A stretch of DNA of 59,087 bases, the filler included, from Jimgerdemannia flammicorona (Eukaryota), in the NCBI GenBank assembly GCA_003990765.1. It is 3 parts of 3 records of this genome, joined end to end, with 100 filler letters (N's around TTAATTAATTAA, not from the genome) between each part and the next. Parts side by side here need not be neighbours in the genome. Positions count along the whole stretch, not along the records: positions 19,730 to 39,358 come from RBNJ01001892.1; 2 more parts are not named here. One strand, given 5' to 3'. Position 1 is the stretch's first letter. Each line of letters starts with the position of its first letter. Below the pieces are notes generated by a model that did no database searches, was not told the DNA's origin, and saw only the letters and a list, made by a program, of their open reading frames with translations. This document shows positions 24,501 to 37,266 of the stretch, piece by piece. A program made the translations under genes and the position numbers.

Positions 24501-26853
24501 ATAGTTCTCTGGCAACTTGAATCCAATTCCAGTACCAAGTAGAGTGGTGGTCTATGGTTTGAGGGTAGCATCTTAAATGCTGGTAAGGTCCATTCCTATA
24601 GCTCCTTCAGTCTTATATTCTGGGATCTTGGCTACAGGATGAAACTTCTTGATCTTGAGAGTGATGTCTGGTTCTTATTCCTTCTCATCATCACTGTCAG
24701 CTTGAAGCTCTGGAGGCTGGCCATCTTCTTTGGCTTTTCTTTTTGCTTCAGTAGCTTCTTGCACATACTTCTGTTGGTGGATTTTCCTGACTTTACTGAT
24801 ACAGAACCAGTAGTCATTCAGGTATTCAGAGCAGTACATCCTAGTACTATGGGGGTATCTTTCTTGAAGAGCATAGCCATTGATGATCTTGTTGTACTAC
24901 TGCTCATCTGTGAGCTTGAGTATCTTGTTCTTATTCTTGTTTTTGTTTACTAAGTGCATGAAGACTTCAGTGTCCTCTTCATCTCTTTTCTCTATGTCTG
25001 GTAGAACTTCTTTGTGGACATTGATAGAGACTCATACCTTTCTTCCTCTATAGTTGATCTATATCTTCTGGGCATTGAGGTCAATGATGGCCTTGGCCTT
25101 GTGAAGCCATTGATTGCCAATGAGGGTATCATAGTTGGTGGTGCATATAACAATCACATCTACTGGAATGGTAGCTCCTCCTATCTTGATGGGGACTTCT
25201 CAGATTTTACCAAAGGGGGTAGCTTATGTATTATCTGCTGTAATATAGACCATCTTAGTGGACTCTTCAATGTCCCAGCCTAGGCAATCAATTGTCTTCT
25301 TACTTATAAGACATCCTCCAGCACCAGTATCAATGATGGCATCAAAGATACAATCTTTGATCTGACATGGGATATAGGCTGATATTTTGTGCTGGTCTTC
25401 AGATTCTTCACCTGAGTCTTCTTGATTATCTTCTTGTACATTGTGAGCTTCTATGATCTTATATTCTTAGTTCTTAATAGTAGTTGTAAGTCCTACTCTC
25501 AACTACTGTCTGAAGGCAGGGACTTTGGCTAGTTGTCCAAAAGTAGTATTGACCTTCTATTCCTTGAGGTCCTTATAGATATCATACTGATGGATCTTGG
25601 TCTTGTGTAGCTTCTGTTCTTTCTTGCTTTCACTTTCTTCTAAGACTGGAGTAGTGCCTTCAACGATTTGGTAGACAGCTTCATCTAACTCCATATCTTA
25701 ATCAATCTCCTTGAGTTGGGTCTTACTTTGAATAGTGATAGCTGAGGTCTTCTTCAGTCTTCCAACTGGCTTGCTGTTGCTCTTCTTGTTATAGGGCTTG
25801 GACCAGGTTCTGGTACCTTCAGTAATAGGGTTGAATTTGAACTCCTTATAGTATTCTTTATCATCAGCATCACTAATCTCCTTGATGACTACTGCATTGA
25901 TTTGTTCTCTAGTTCTGATAGCATTACTTAGTTGGACTTTGTGTCTTGTTTCAGTCATGCAACTCTTTGTATAGTGGCCTTCTTCTCTACATCTAAAGTA
26001 TATGATATTACATTCTACTATAGCAGCTATAAATCTCTGTACTGGTCTCCTGTTGGTGCTTCAGACTTCTCTAACAACATTACCAAGGTATGTAGTTATC
26101 TCAGCAAACTGCTTGGCGAGTTCCTTCACTGGGTCAGCTTTGGCTGCCTTAGGGGTAGGTGGGGATAGTTGTCTGTTTACAACTGTGGTGGATATGATAC
26201 TAGTTGGCTTTGATGGCTCTATCTTGATGCCAGTTATTTTCTCCATTGAGTGTTTGGCAGAGTGTCTGGCAGTCCAATATCTCTATACAAAGACTAATTT
26301 CTGATCAAGGGTCAGTGCAGCTAGGGTAGACCAGATTGCTAGAGCAATTTCAGAGTGATCTCCTTTGAGGAAGGTTGAATCTACTATTTGTTCCTTGAGG
26401 CAGTCATTATAGTTAGCCAAGACAATCTGGTGGCAGATTTAGATATAGAATGAGTTGGGATCTTCACTGAGTCCCTGGCAGATAGTATTGAGTTGATCCT
26501 TGAGAGCTTGCTTGATCTCTTCAGTATAGTATATAGTTCTGAGGAAGGTCTTCATATTGGTAAGTCTGGCTGCACCAGCATTAGCAATGGTGGCTGCATT
26601 GAACTTGTCTCTGATAGGTCCTCTGAGACTGACTGATAGAAGGGCCAATTGTGCATCCACATTGAGGGCTCATACAGTGGTAAATTATTCAATGTCTTTA
26701 ATGAAGATCAGGATTGACTCTTTGGTAGTATATCTATAGAATGTGGGGAGATGTATTTCCATCTTATCTTGAATTCTTACAGGGATGACTCTTGTAGTTG
26801 GGGTAGTTACTGTGTTGGTTGTTTGTTTTTCAACTTGAAAGTGAGAGATTCAT
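21539..26853 (-). pseudogene. gag-protease-CHCC module-dUTPase-RT-RNase H-integrase of B copy 1
   Basis: IIDTGAGG protease; GVIDPYYTG and RGEQGFGSTG dUTPase at ~24250-24650; YVDN RT; LQTDAS RNase H; integrase. Confidence 0.88.
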
Positions 26854-26882
26854 CTTGAATCACCAGTCAATGGACACCAAGT

Positions 26883-28447
26883 TGTCACATAGTAGTCACT
26901 AAGTCCTTCAAATATATCTGATTCTCTTCAAAGTATATCTCTTAGACTAACTCAAGTTTGTTATAAGTAAGTTCTTATTAGAGTTCCTTCCCAAGGTCTT
27001 ATAGTTCTCAAACTTCTTATCTTTAAACTGTCTTGTTATCTCTTAGATTGCTTGTGTATAATTGAGAGTAAGTGAACTGAAACTAACTTTATTTTGAAGG
27101 AAATAAGAGGGGTATTTATATAAAATATAATTCAATAGTTGCTAAGTTATAAAGATAAATATAAATTCCAAAAACCAAATAAAATACTAGAACACAGAAA
27201 ACTACAGTTGTCAGTACAGATTTCAGTATTGGTACAGATAGTTGCACAAGTTCAGAGTGCTGGTAGAATTCAGTAGTATAGGAAAAGGATGCTGGAAGAA
27301 TTCTGAGTTATACAAGATTAGAATGCTAGTAGAAGAATTAACTGTTACACAGAAAAAGGATACTGGCATAATTCAGTGTTACCAAGAACTTTAAAGCAGA
27401 ATTTTCAAGAATATGGGGGCTTCATCCTCATCATTGCTGAAGGAGATGAGATCTGTGAATATTTTGTCTATCTCATTGCATAGGTTACACATTTTGCATA
27501 TGTTACATGGAATGACATCATTGTCAATGATATCATCACATTCAGTAGCAGGGGCTCTCCAATCTATAACATTCTCTTCCACAAAATAAGGAACAAATGT
27601 GGGGTCTTGGGGAGGTCTAACCTGGATGCTGGGGCCTTAGAATACTGAGATCAATCCTTGCAGGAACTGATCTGGGTTGTCCTGGAGGATGAGATACCAG
27701 AACTCTTCTATTTCATCACTATTGAGAGTGATAGTAGACTGGATCTCTGTAGCTATCATGGCTTCTAGTGCATTTATAAGACAGACTGACAGATCCCTGA
27801 AGTCTGAGACTCTAGTATACTCTAAGTTGGAGATCAATCATGGTATATGCCTGAAGATCTGATGAATCTTCTTAGCTGTCCTTATTTTATATATATTTAT
27901 GGGAGTGGCATCTTGTAGCTCTTGAGGGCTGGCTTGAGGAAATTCCCATAGAGGAGGTTTCCTATTTTGTATTCTTGCTACATATTGAAACATTTGGTAG
28001 CAATGGTGATTTTTGTTTCCATTTCACAATAGTAGAGGATATAATAATAAGGATCACCAGTACCCAGGTTGACACTAGGAGTCCTTATGATGTGGGTCCT
28101 TATGGCTCTTCAGATGTCTTGGAACATCCTTTTCTAGACTGAGAGACCTTAGTGGTTCCTTGATCTTGAGATTTGATAGGCAGCAGGTATTTCATTTGTA
28201 ATAAGTCTTTGAGCTATTTCAGAATTAGTGGGTCTTGTTAAGTTGCTGCTACTGTGGTTTCTTGATTCTTTTTTTATATTTCTCAAGATGTTTGTATTGT
28301 GGTCCCAATGACTCACAGTTGGTCATCATTACTCATCTTGTAGCCTGGGTGAGTTATACTATATGATCTTCTTGTACTTCAATCTGGTGGTTTATAAGGA
28401 AAGGCTGTCTCTTATGCTAATATTATCATTCTGGGGTCACTATTACA
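26883..28447 (-). repeat. 5' LTR of B copy 1 (~1565 bp), containing an ORF3 copy at 27391-28190
   Basis: TGTCAC...TATTACA termini; PBS-like sequence adjacent. Confidence 0.9.
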
Positions 28448-28507
28448 ATATATTAATATAACTATTCTAAGTTATATTATCATTATTATAGTTTTGATCC
28501 TTACTAG

Positions 28508-30056
28508 TATAATAGTGATCTCAGAAGGATGATATCAGCACAAGAGACAGCCTTTCCTTACAAGCCACCAGATCAGAGTACAAGAAGATCATATAGTATG
28601 ACTCACCCAAGCTATAAGATGAGCAATGATGACTAACTGTGAGTCATTGGGACTACAATACAAATATCTTGAGGAATATAAAAGAAGGATCAAGGAACCA
28701 CAGTAGCAGCAACTCAACAAGACCCACTAATCCTGAAATAGCTCAAAAGACTTATTATAAACAAAATGCCTGCTGCTTGCCAAACCTCAAGATCAAGGAA
28801 CCACCAAGGCCCCTCAGTTGAGAAAAGGATGTTCCAAGACATCCAAAGAGTCATAAGGACCTGCACCATAAGGACTCCTAGTATCAACCTGGATACTGGT
28901 GACTCTTATCATTATATCCTCTACTATTATGAGATGGAAACAAGAATCACCATTGCTACTGAATGCCTTCAGATGTGGTAAGAATATGAAATAGGAAACC
29001 TCCTCTGCTGGGAATTCCCTCAAGCCAGTCCTCAAGAGTTACAAGATGCCACTTCTATAAATATATGTGAAATAAGGACAGCTAAGAAGATACATCAGAT
29101 CTTTAGGTATGTACTATGGTTGATCTCCAACTTGAAGTATACCAGAGTCTCAGACTTTAGGAATCTGTCAGCCTATCATATCAATATACTAGAAGCTATA
29201 GTAGCTACAGAGGTCCAGTCCACTATCACCCTCAATAGTGATGAGATAGAAGAGTTCTAGTATCCCATCCTCCAGGACAACCCAGATCAGTTTCTGCAAG
29301 GATTGATCTCAGTATTTCAAGGCTCTAGCATTCAGGTTAGACCTCCCCAAGACCCCACATTTGTTTCTTATTTTGTGGAAGAGAATGTCATAGATTGGAG
29401 AGCCCCCACTACTGAATATGATGATATTATCAGTGATGATATCATCTTACATGACCTATACAATGAGATAGATGAAATGTTCATAGATCTTATCTCTTTC
29501 AGCAATGACAAGGATGAAGCTCCCATGGTTCTGAATATTCTGCTTTAAAGTTCTTAGTGATACCAAATTCTGCCAGCATCCTTTTCCTGTGTAACAGTTA
29601 ATCCTTTTACTGGTATTCTGATCTTGTGTGACTCAGAATTCTTCCAGCATCCTTTTTCTATACTACCAAATTCTACCAGTACCCTGAACTTATACAACCA
29701 TCTATACTAATACTGGAATCTATACCAACAACTGTAGTTTTCTGTATTCCAGTATTTTATTTAATTATTGGAATTTATATTTAGCTTTATAACTTAGCAA
29801 TTATTGAATTATATTTTATATAAATACCTCTCTTATTTCCTTCAAAATAAAGTCAGTTCCAGTTTACTTATCCTCAGTTCCACACAAGCAATCTAAGAGA
29901 TAACAAGACAGTTTAAAGATAAGAAGTTTGAGGACTATAAGATCTTGGAAAGGCACTCCAATAAGAGCTTACTTATAACAAAATTGAGTTAGTCTAAGAG
30001 ATATACTTTGAAGAGAATCTGATATATTTGAAGGACTCAGTGACCATTACATGACA
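28508..30056 (+). repeat. 5' LTR of B copy 2 (~1550 bp)
   Basis: T(A)TAATAGTGA...CATGACA; direct repeat of 35735-37266. Confidence 0.9.
28766..29548 (+). pseudogene. LTR-encoded accessory ORF3 (~260 aa), unknown function
   Basis: A single frame MPAACQ...ATECLQMW*EYEIG...TAKKIHQI..ISNL.Y..DF..LQDNPDQFLQGL...VIDWRAP...FIDLISFS..EAPMVLNILL*. The internal stops are transition-type. Confidence 0.8.
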
Positions 30057-30085
30057 ACTTAGTGCCCATTGGCTGGTGATTTAAG

Positions 30086-33000
30086 ATGAATCCCTCACTT
30101 TTAAGCTGAAAAACAAATCACTACCACAATAACTACTCTGGCTACAAGAGTTATCTCTGTAAGAATTCAAGACAAGATAGAAATGTATCCCCCCACATTC
30201 TATAGATATACTACTGAAGAGTCAATCCTGACCTTCATTGAAGACTTTGAACAATTCGCTGCTATGTGAGTCCTCAATGTGGATGCACAATTGGCCCTTC
30301 TACCAGTCAGCCTCAGAGGACCTGCCAGAGATAAGTTCAATATAGCCACTATTGCTGATGCTGGTGTAGCCAGACTTGTCAACATGAAGACCTTTCTCAG
30401 AACTACATACTATACTGAAGAGATCAAGTAAGCTCTCAAGGATTAACTCAATACTATCTGCCAGAGACTCAGTAAAGATCCCAACTCATTTTATATCTGA
30501 ATCTGCCATCAGATTGTCTTGGCTGGCTGTGATGACTACCTCAAGAAATAAATAGCAGATTCAACCTTTCTCAAAGGAGTCCACTCTGAAATTGTCCTAG
30601 CAATCTGGTCTACCCCAGCTATACTGATCCTTGATCAAAAAGTGGTCTTTGCATAGAGATATTAGACTGCCAGACACCCTGCCAAACACTCAATAGAGAA
30701 AATAACTAGCATCAAAATGGAGCCATCAAAGCCAACTAGTATCATACCTATCACAGTTATAAACAGACAATCATCCCCACCTACCCCCAAGGCAGCCAAA
30801 GCTGACCCAGTAGAGGAACTTGCCAAGCAGTTTACTGAGATGACTGCACACCTTAGTGATATTGTTAGAGAAGTCTAAAGCACTAACAGGAGACCAGTAT
30901 AGAGATTTGTAGCTACTATAGAAGAATACAATATTACATACTTCAGATATAGAGAAGAAGGCTACTATGTAAAGAGTTGCATGATAAAAATAAGATATAG
31001 AGCCCAACTAAGTAATACTATCAGAATCAGAGAACAAATCAATATAGTAGTCATCAAGGAGATTGGTGACACTGATGATGAAGAATACTATAAGGAGCCC
31101 AAATTCTACCCTATTACTAAAGGTACCAGAACCCAGTCTAAGCCCTATGATAAGAAGAGCAACAGCAAGCCAGTTGGAAGACTGAAGAAGACTCCAGCTA
31201 TCACTATTCAAAGTAAGACCCAATCTGAGGAGATTGATCAAGATATGGAGTTAGATGAAGCTGCTCACCAAATCATTGAAGGTACTACTCCAGTCTCAGG
31301 CAAAAGTAATAGTAAGAAGGAACAGAAGCTGTGCAAGACCAAGATCTACTAGTATAATATCTACAAGGATCTTAAGGAACAGAAGATCAATGCTACTTTT
31401 GGACAGCTAGCTGAAGTCCCTGCCTTCAGATAGCAGTTGAGAGTAGGACTTGCAACCACTATCAAGAACCAAGAATACAAGATCATAGAAGCTCACAATA
31501 CATAAGAAGATGATCAAGAAGACTCAGGCAAAGAATCTGAAGACCAGTGCAGAACATCAGCCTATACCCCATATTAGATCAAAGATTGTATCTTTAATGC
31601 CATCATTGATACTGGTGCTGGAGGATGCCTTATGAGTAAGAAGACAATTGACCACTTAGGCTGGGACATTGAAGAGTCCACCAAGATGGTCTATGTTATA
31701 GCAGATAGTATATGAGCTACCCCCCTTGGCAAAATCCAAGAAGTCCCATCAAGATAAGAGGAGCTATCATCCCAGTAGATGTGATTGTTATAAGTGCCAC
31801 CAACTATGACACCCTCATTGGCAACTAATGACTTCATAAGGCCAAGGCCATCATTGACCTCAATGTCCAGAAGATATAGATCAACTATAGAGGAAGAAAG
31901 ATACAAGTCTCTATCAATGTCCACAAAGGAGTTCTACTAGATATGGAGGAAGGAGATGAAGAGGACACAGAAGTCTTCATATACTCAGTGAACAAGAATA
32001 AGAATAAGACACCCAAGCTCACAGATGAGCAGTGGTACAACAAGATTATCAATAGCTATGCTCCTCAAGAAAGATACCCCCATGATACTAGGATGTACTA
32101 CTCTGAACACCAGAATGACTGCTGGTTCTGTATCAGTGATGTCAGGAAAATCCACCAATAGAAGCATAAACAAGAAGCTGCTGAAGCAAAAAGGAAAGCT
32201 GAAGAAGATGACTAGTTCCCAGAGCTTCAAGCTGACAGTGATGATGAGGAGAAATAAGAACCAGACATCATCCTCAAGGTCAAGAAGTTTTACCCCAAAG
32301 CTAAGATCCTAGAATATAAGACTGAAAGAGTCATAAGAATGGACCTTACCAGTATTCAAGATACTACCCTTGAACCATAGACCACCACCCTACTTGGCAC
32401 TGGAATTGAAGTCAAGTTGCCAGAAAACTATACTAGATTTATCAAGATCAGGAGCAGTCTGGCCAAAAGCAAAATCTCAGTTGAAAGAGGAGTAATTAAT
32501 CCTGATTACACTGATGAGATCTTCCTCATAGTCAGGAATTACAACCCCACTACCCCATTTGAAGTCAAGAAGTATGACAGAATTGGCCAGATGCTGATCC
32601 ATGAAATCAAGAAGCCCAAGATCACCAAAGCCATCAAACTCATCAAGACTAAGAGAGGAGAACAAGGCTTTAGATCTACTGGAAGAGAAGCCTATACTAC
32701 CACTAAGATTACTGAACTTGAGCACAAAAAAGACAAGGACCAGAACAAATATATATATACCATTGGAGAAAACTTTCCTCTAGAAGAACAGCTTCTCAAG
32801 ATCCAGCATCAGAATGAAGGAGTACTTACTATAGACTTCAGAAATATCCACAATCAAGAACTCAAGTACTATTATGAAGTTGACACTGATGATACCAAGC
32901 CCATCTACCAGAAAGCCAGACCTATACCACCTGCCTACAGAGAATGGCTGTGAGCAGAACTCAAGGAAATAGAATAAGCTGAAATCATCAAGCAAGCTAT

Positions 33001-35370
33001 CAGTCCCAGGGCTTTATCCATTGTTCTTGTCCCAAAGAAAGGAAGTGAGTCTGGAGAGTTTATCTCAAGACTTTGCATTAACTATAGAAAGCTCAATACA
33101 ATCACTAAGAAGGATAGGTAGCTCTTCTCAAATATTCAAGAAATCCTTACCACCCTTGAAAGTGAAGCCAAATACTATACTACCTTGGATCTGTTTTCAG
33201 GCTTCTATCAGATTGGTCTCACTCAAGATACCAGTGAGAAATCAGCCTTCATCATATCTGATACCACCTATATCTACCTGCAAATACTATTTGGAATGTG
33301 CAATGCCTCAGTAAGTTTTCAGCAAATGATGAACAGAGTCTTCAGCAATGAGATTGGAAAATGACTCTTTGTCTATATTGATGATATAATCATCTTTAGC
33401 AATAATATATCAACCATATACAGCTAGTCCTCAAGAAGCTCAAGGAGTATGACCTCTACATCAAGCCTAAGAAGTGCAAGTTTGTAGCTCAGGAAATCAC
33501 CTACCTAGGACACCTCATCAATCAGACTGGAATCCATACAGACTCCATGAAGATTGAGGCTGTTGTAGTCTATCTAAGATCCAGAACAACTACAGAAGTC
33601 CATGCCTTCCTTGGACAGGCCTCCTACTACAGAAGATTCATCAAAGAATACTCCAACATTACAGCACCTATCTATGAGCTACTGAAGAAGGAGACCTAAT
33701 TCAAATAGACCAAGAAATACCAAGAAATCTTCAATAAACTCAAGACCAGATTGACCCAAGAACCCATCCTCAGAAGACTAGATTGGAACCTAGAGTTTAT
33801 TCTGCAAGTACTATAGAACTTGGAGCAGTCCTAGCTCAGAAGAAAGATGGACATAAATATGTCATCTCCTATGCAAGCCAAGATACCTACAGAGCAGAAC
33901 AGAACTATAAGTCATGTAAGCTCAAATGCTTAGTAGTAGTTTGGGCAGTAGACAAGTTCCACTACTATCTAGCCAGAAAATACTTCACTATTCAAATAGA
34001 CTATTCCACTCTTGTCTGGCTATTCCACACTCTGAACCCCAAAGAAATATATATCAGATAGATCTACAGACTACAAGATTATGACTGTACTATCAAGCAC
34101 CACCCAGGAAGAACCAATGCCAATGCTGATGTACTCTCAAGGATACCCCAAAACACTCTCATCAAGACTATTTAATATGAATAAGAAGTTATACTATGGA
34201 TTAATCAGCTATCTTGAGTAGCAGAAGATGCCCAATCACCTCAAACCCTGGACAATCACCATCATCAACTGAACTTGGAAACAGTTTGAACTAGATAACA
34301 CCACACTCAGAAAAGGAGAAAAGCTTGTAATATCTGAATACAAGAAGTATCAAGTAATGAAGGAAGTACACAAACAAGGATACCTAGGAGGAATCAATAC
34401 ATACAATAAGATAAAAAGAACCATGTGATGGCCCAAGATAGAAGAAGACCTGCACCAATTTGTCAAAGAATGTGACAAGTGCCAAAAACAGAAACAAGAT
34501 CAGCAAGACCAGGTACCTGAATCATCAAGAATTGAGTCTATCTCCTTCCACCACATCACAATAGATATTATTGGGCCACTATCAGTAATACTATTAGAAA
34601 ACCACTATGTTATAATTATTATAGACCTCTTTACCAAATAGATAGAAGTAGGAGCATTACAAGAAGTCAATGCCCTCTCTGTAGCTGACTTCCTGCACTG
34701 AGAAATCATCTGTCACTACAAAATACCAAAGCAAATCACTACAGACTGCAGTATAGAATTTGTCAATGGATTCCATGAGATAATATATCAGAAATATAGG
34801 ATTCAGCACATCAAGACCACTACATACCACCCTCAAGGAAATAGATAGACAGAGAGAACCAACAAGACCCTCAAGAACATCCTGATGAAGATCTCAGACA
34901 CATATGAGAATTGGGATAACTATCTCTCAACTGCCCTCTCTGTCCTATGAGATATACAGTTACAGAATACACACTTTATCCCAAGAGAACTGCTCTTTGG
35001 AGATGATTCTGATAGAATCTCAGTCACAAATCTAGACCTAACTTAGAGATAGGTTGACTCAGAAATCTAGAGACTATATAAAATCAGGAAGAAGGCTGAA
35101 GATTATATCATCAAGTTATAAGTACTGACAAAAAAGAATGCAGAAAAGAATCACAAGACTCTAGAACCCATCCAAATTAGAAAAAAGGTCCTACTGTATT
35201 GAAATATAGTAGAAGCCTTATGGTCGCAAAAACTGGACTCCAAATGAGAAGGACCCTGTTATGTACAAGATATCAAGAGAACTACCTTCTGGCTTAGAAA
35301 ACTCTCAGGGACTATACTGCCTACCACAGTACATAGGAACAGACTCAAGAAGTACTATGAACCTATATAA
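30086..35370 (+). pseudogene. gag-protease-CHCC module-dUTPase-RT-RNase H-integrase of B copy 2
   Basis: Protease IIDTGAGG ~31600; RT VYIDD ~33370; RNase H LGAVLAQ ~33820; integrase DIIGPL and TTYHPQGN..ERTNKTLK at 34560-34875; no chromodomain. Confidence 0.9.
32270..32685 (+). pseudogene. dut: dUTPase domain of B copy 2, between the protease and RT
   Basis: LKVKKF.PKAK..GTGIEVKLPENY...RSSLAKSKISVERGVINPDYTDEI...YDRIGQMLI...RGEQGFRSTG. Confidence 0.92.
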
Positions 35371-35734
35371 GAGAAGCAAAATGTGATAACTGCCCATGAG
35401 GTTCTAGTCCACAAATTGTAACAGCATGTCCCATAACTAGCAGGCAATCTGTCTGGACCATTCTCTAAGGGATATAGTACCAGCAACTACTCATTCATAA
35501 GACTTTCAAAGCCAGAGGAGTTTGAACCATCAACTGATTGATCAAGATCAGAATCAGGCCCTTGCTTTACATGAAGAGAGTGACTCTTCACCATTATGCC
35601 AAAATATATAGGTAAGACACCAGCCCATAAATACCACTTTTTGACCCCCTGCTAGAGGTTATAGGATCAGCAAATTTTTCAGGACTGGACCAATAAATAA
35701 GAATGTTCAAGAAGATCCTTATTCAGGAGGAAGA

Positions 35735-37266
35735 TATAACAGTGACCTCAGAATAATGATATCAGCACAAGAGACAGCCTTTCCTTATAAGCCACCAGAT
35801 CAGAGCACAAGAAGATCATATAGCATGACTCACTCAGACTACAAAATGAGCAATGATGACCAACTGTGAGTCATTGGGACCACAATATAAATATCTTAAG
35901 GAATATAAAAGAAGGATCAAGGAACTGCAGTAGCAGCAACTCAACAAGACTCACTAATCCTGAAATAGCTCAAAGACTTATTATAAACAAAATGCCTGCT
36001 GTCTGCCAAACCTTAAGATCAAGAAATCACCAAAGCCTCTCAGTCCAGAAAAGAATGTTCTAAGATATCTAAAGAGCCATAAGGACCTATACCACAAGGA
36101 CTCCTAGTGTCAACCTAGGTACTGATGAACCTTATCATTATATCCTCTACTGCTATAAAATGGAAACAAGAATCACCATTGCTATCAAATACCTCCAGAT
36201 ATGGTAAGAATACAAAATAAGAAACCTCCTCTGCTGAGAATTCCTTCAAGCCAGCCCTCAAGAGCTACAAGATACCACTTCTATGAATATATGTGAAATA
36301 AGGACAGCCAAGAAGATTTATCAGATTTTCAGATATATACTATGTCGATCTCCAACTTAGAGTATACCAGAGTCTCAGACTTCAGAGATCTGTCAGCCTA
36401 TTATATCAATGCACTAGAAGCCATGGTAGCTACAGAGGTCCAGTCTACTATCACCCTCAATAGTGATGAGGTAGAAGAGTTCTGGTATCCCATCTTCCAG
36501 GACAACTCAGATCAGTTCTTATAAGAATTGATCTCAGCATTCCAAGGCCCCAGCATCCAGGTTAGACCTCCCCAAGACCTCACATTTGTTCCTTATTTTG
36601 TAGAAGAGAATATCATAGATTAGAGAGTCTCCACTACCAAATGTAATGACATTATCAGTAATAATATCATCCTATGTGACATATGTGAAATGTATGACCT
36701 ACACAATGAGATGGATAAAATATTCATAAATCTCATCTCTTTCAGTGATGATGAGGATGAAGTCCCCATGGTCTTGAACATTCTGCTTTAAAGTTCTTAG
36801 TGATACCAAATTCTGCCAGCATTCTTTCTAATCTTATATGACTCAGAATTCTTCCAGCATCCTTTTTCTGTACCACTAAATTCTACCAGTACTCTGAACT
36901 TGTGCAACCATCTGTACCAATACTGAAATCTATACTGATAACTATAGTTTTCTGAATTTAAGTATTTTATTTGGTTATTAGAATTTATATTTAGCTTTAT
37001 AACTTAGCAACTATTGAATTATATTTTGTATAAATACCCCTCTTATTTCCTTTGAAATAAAGTCAGTTCTAGTTCACTTACTCTCAATTCCATATAAGCA
37101 ATCTAAGAGATAACAAGACAGTTTAAAGATAAGAAGTTTGAGGACTATAAGACTTTGAGAAAGTATTCTAATAAGAACTTACTTATAATAAACTTGAGTT
37201 AGTCTAAGAGATACACTTTGAAGAGAATCTGACATATTTGAAGGACTCAGCAACCACTATGTGATA
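35735..37266 (+). repeat. 3' LTR of B copy 2, containing an ORF3 copy at 35992-36791
   Basis: Follows the PPT and ends GTGA(T)A; direct repeat of 28508-30056. Confidence 0.9.

Larger units (their letters stand above)
19730..28447 (-). mobile_element. Ty3/Gypsy family B copy 1 (near full length, degenerate, no chromodomain)
   Basis: LTRs at 19730-21174 (cut by the spacer) and 26883-28447, a PPT next to 21175, and PBS-like TGGTGTCCATTG at ~26868-26879. It is an inverted copy of 28508-37266. Confidence 0.92.
28508..37266 (+). mobile_element. Ty3/Gypsy family B copy 2 (full length, degenerate)
   Basis: LTRs at 28508-30056 and 35735-37266, PBS-like sequence at ~30060-30072, PPT CAGGAGGAAGA at 35724-35734, and gag/pol motifs between them. 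Confidence 0.93.
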
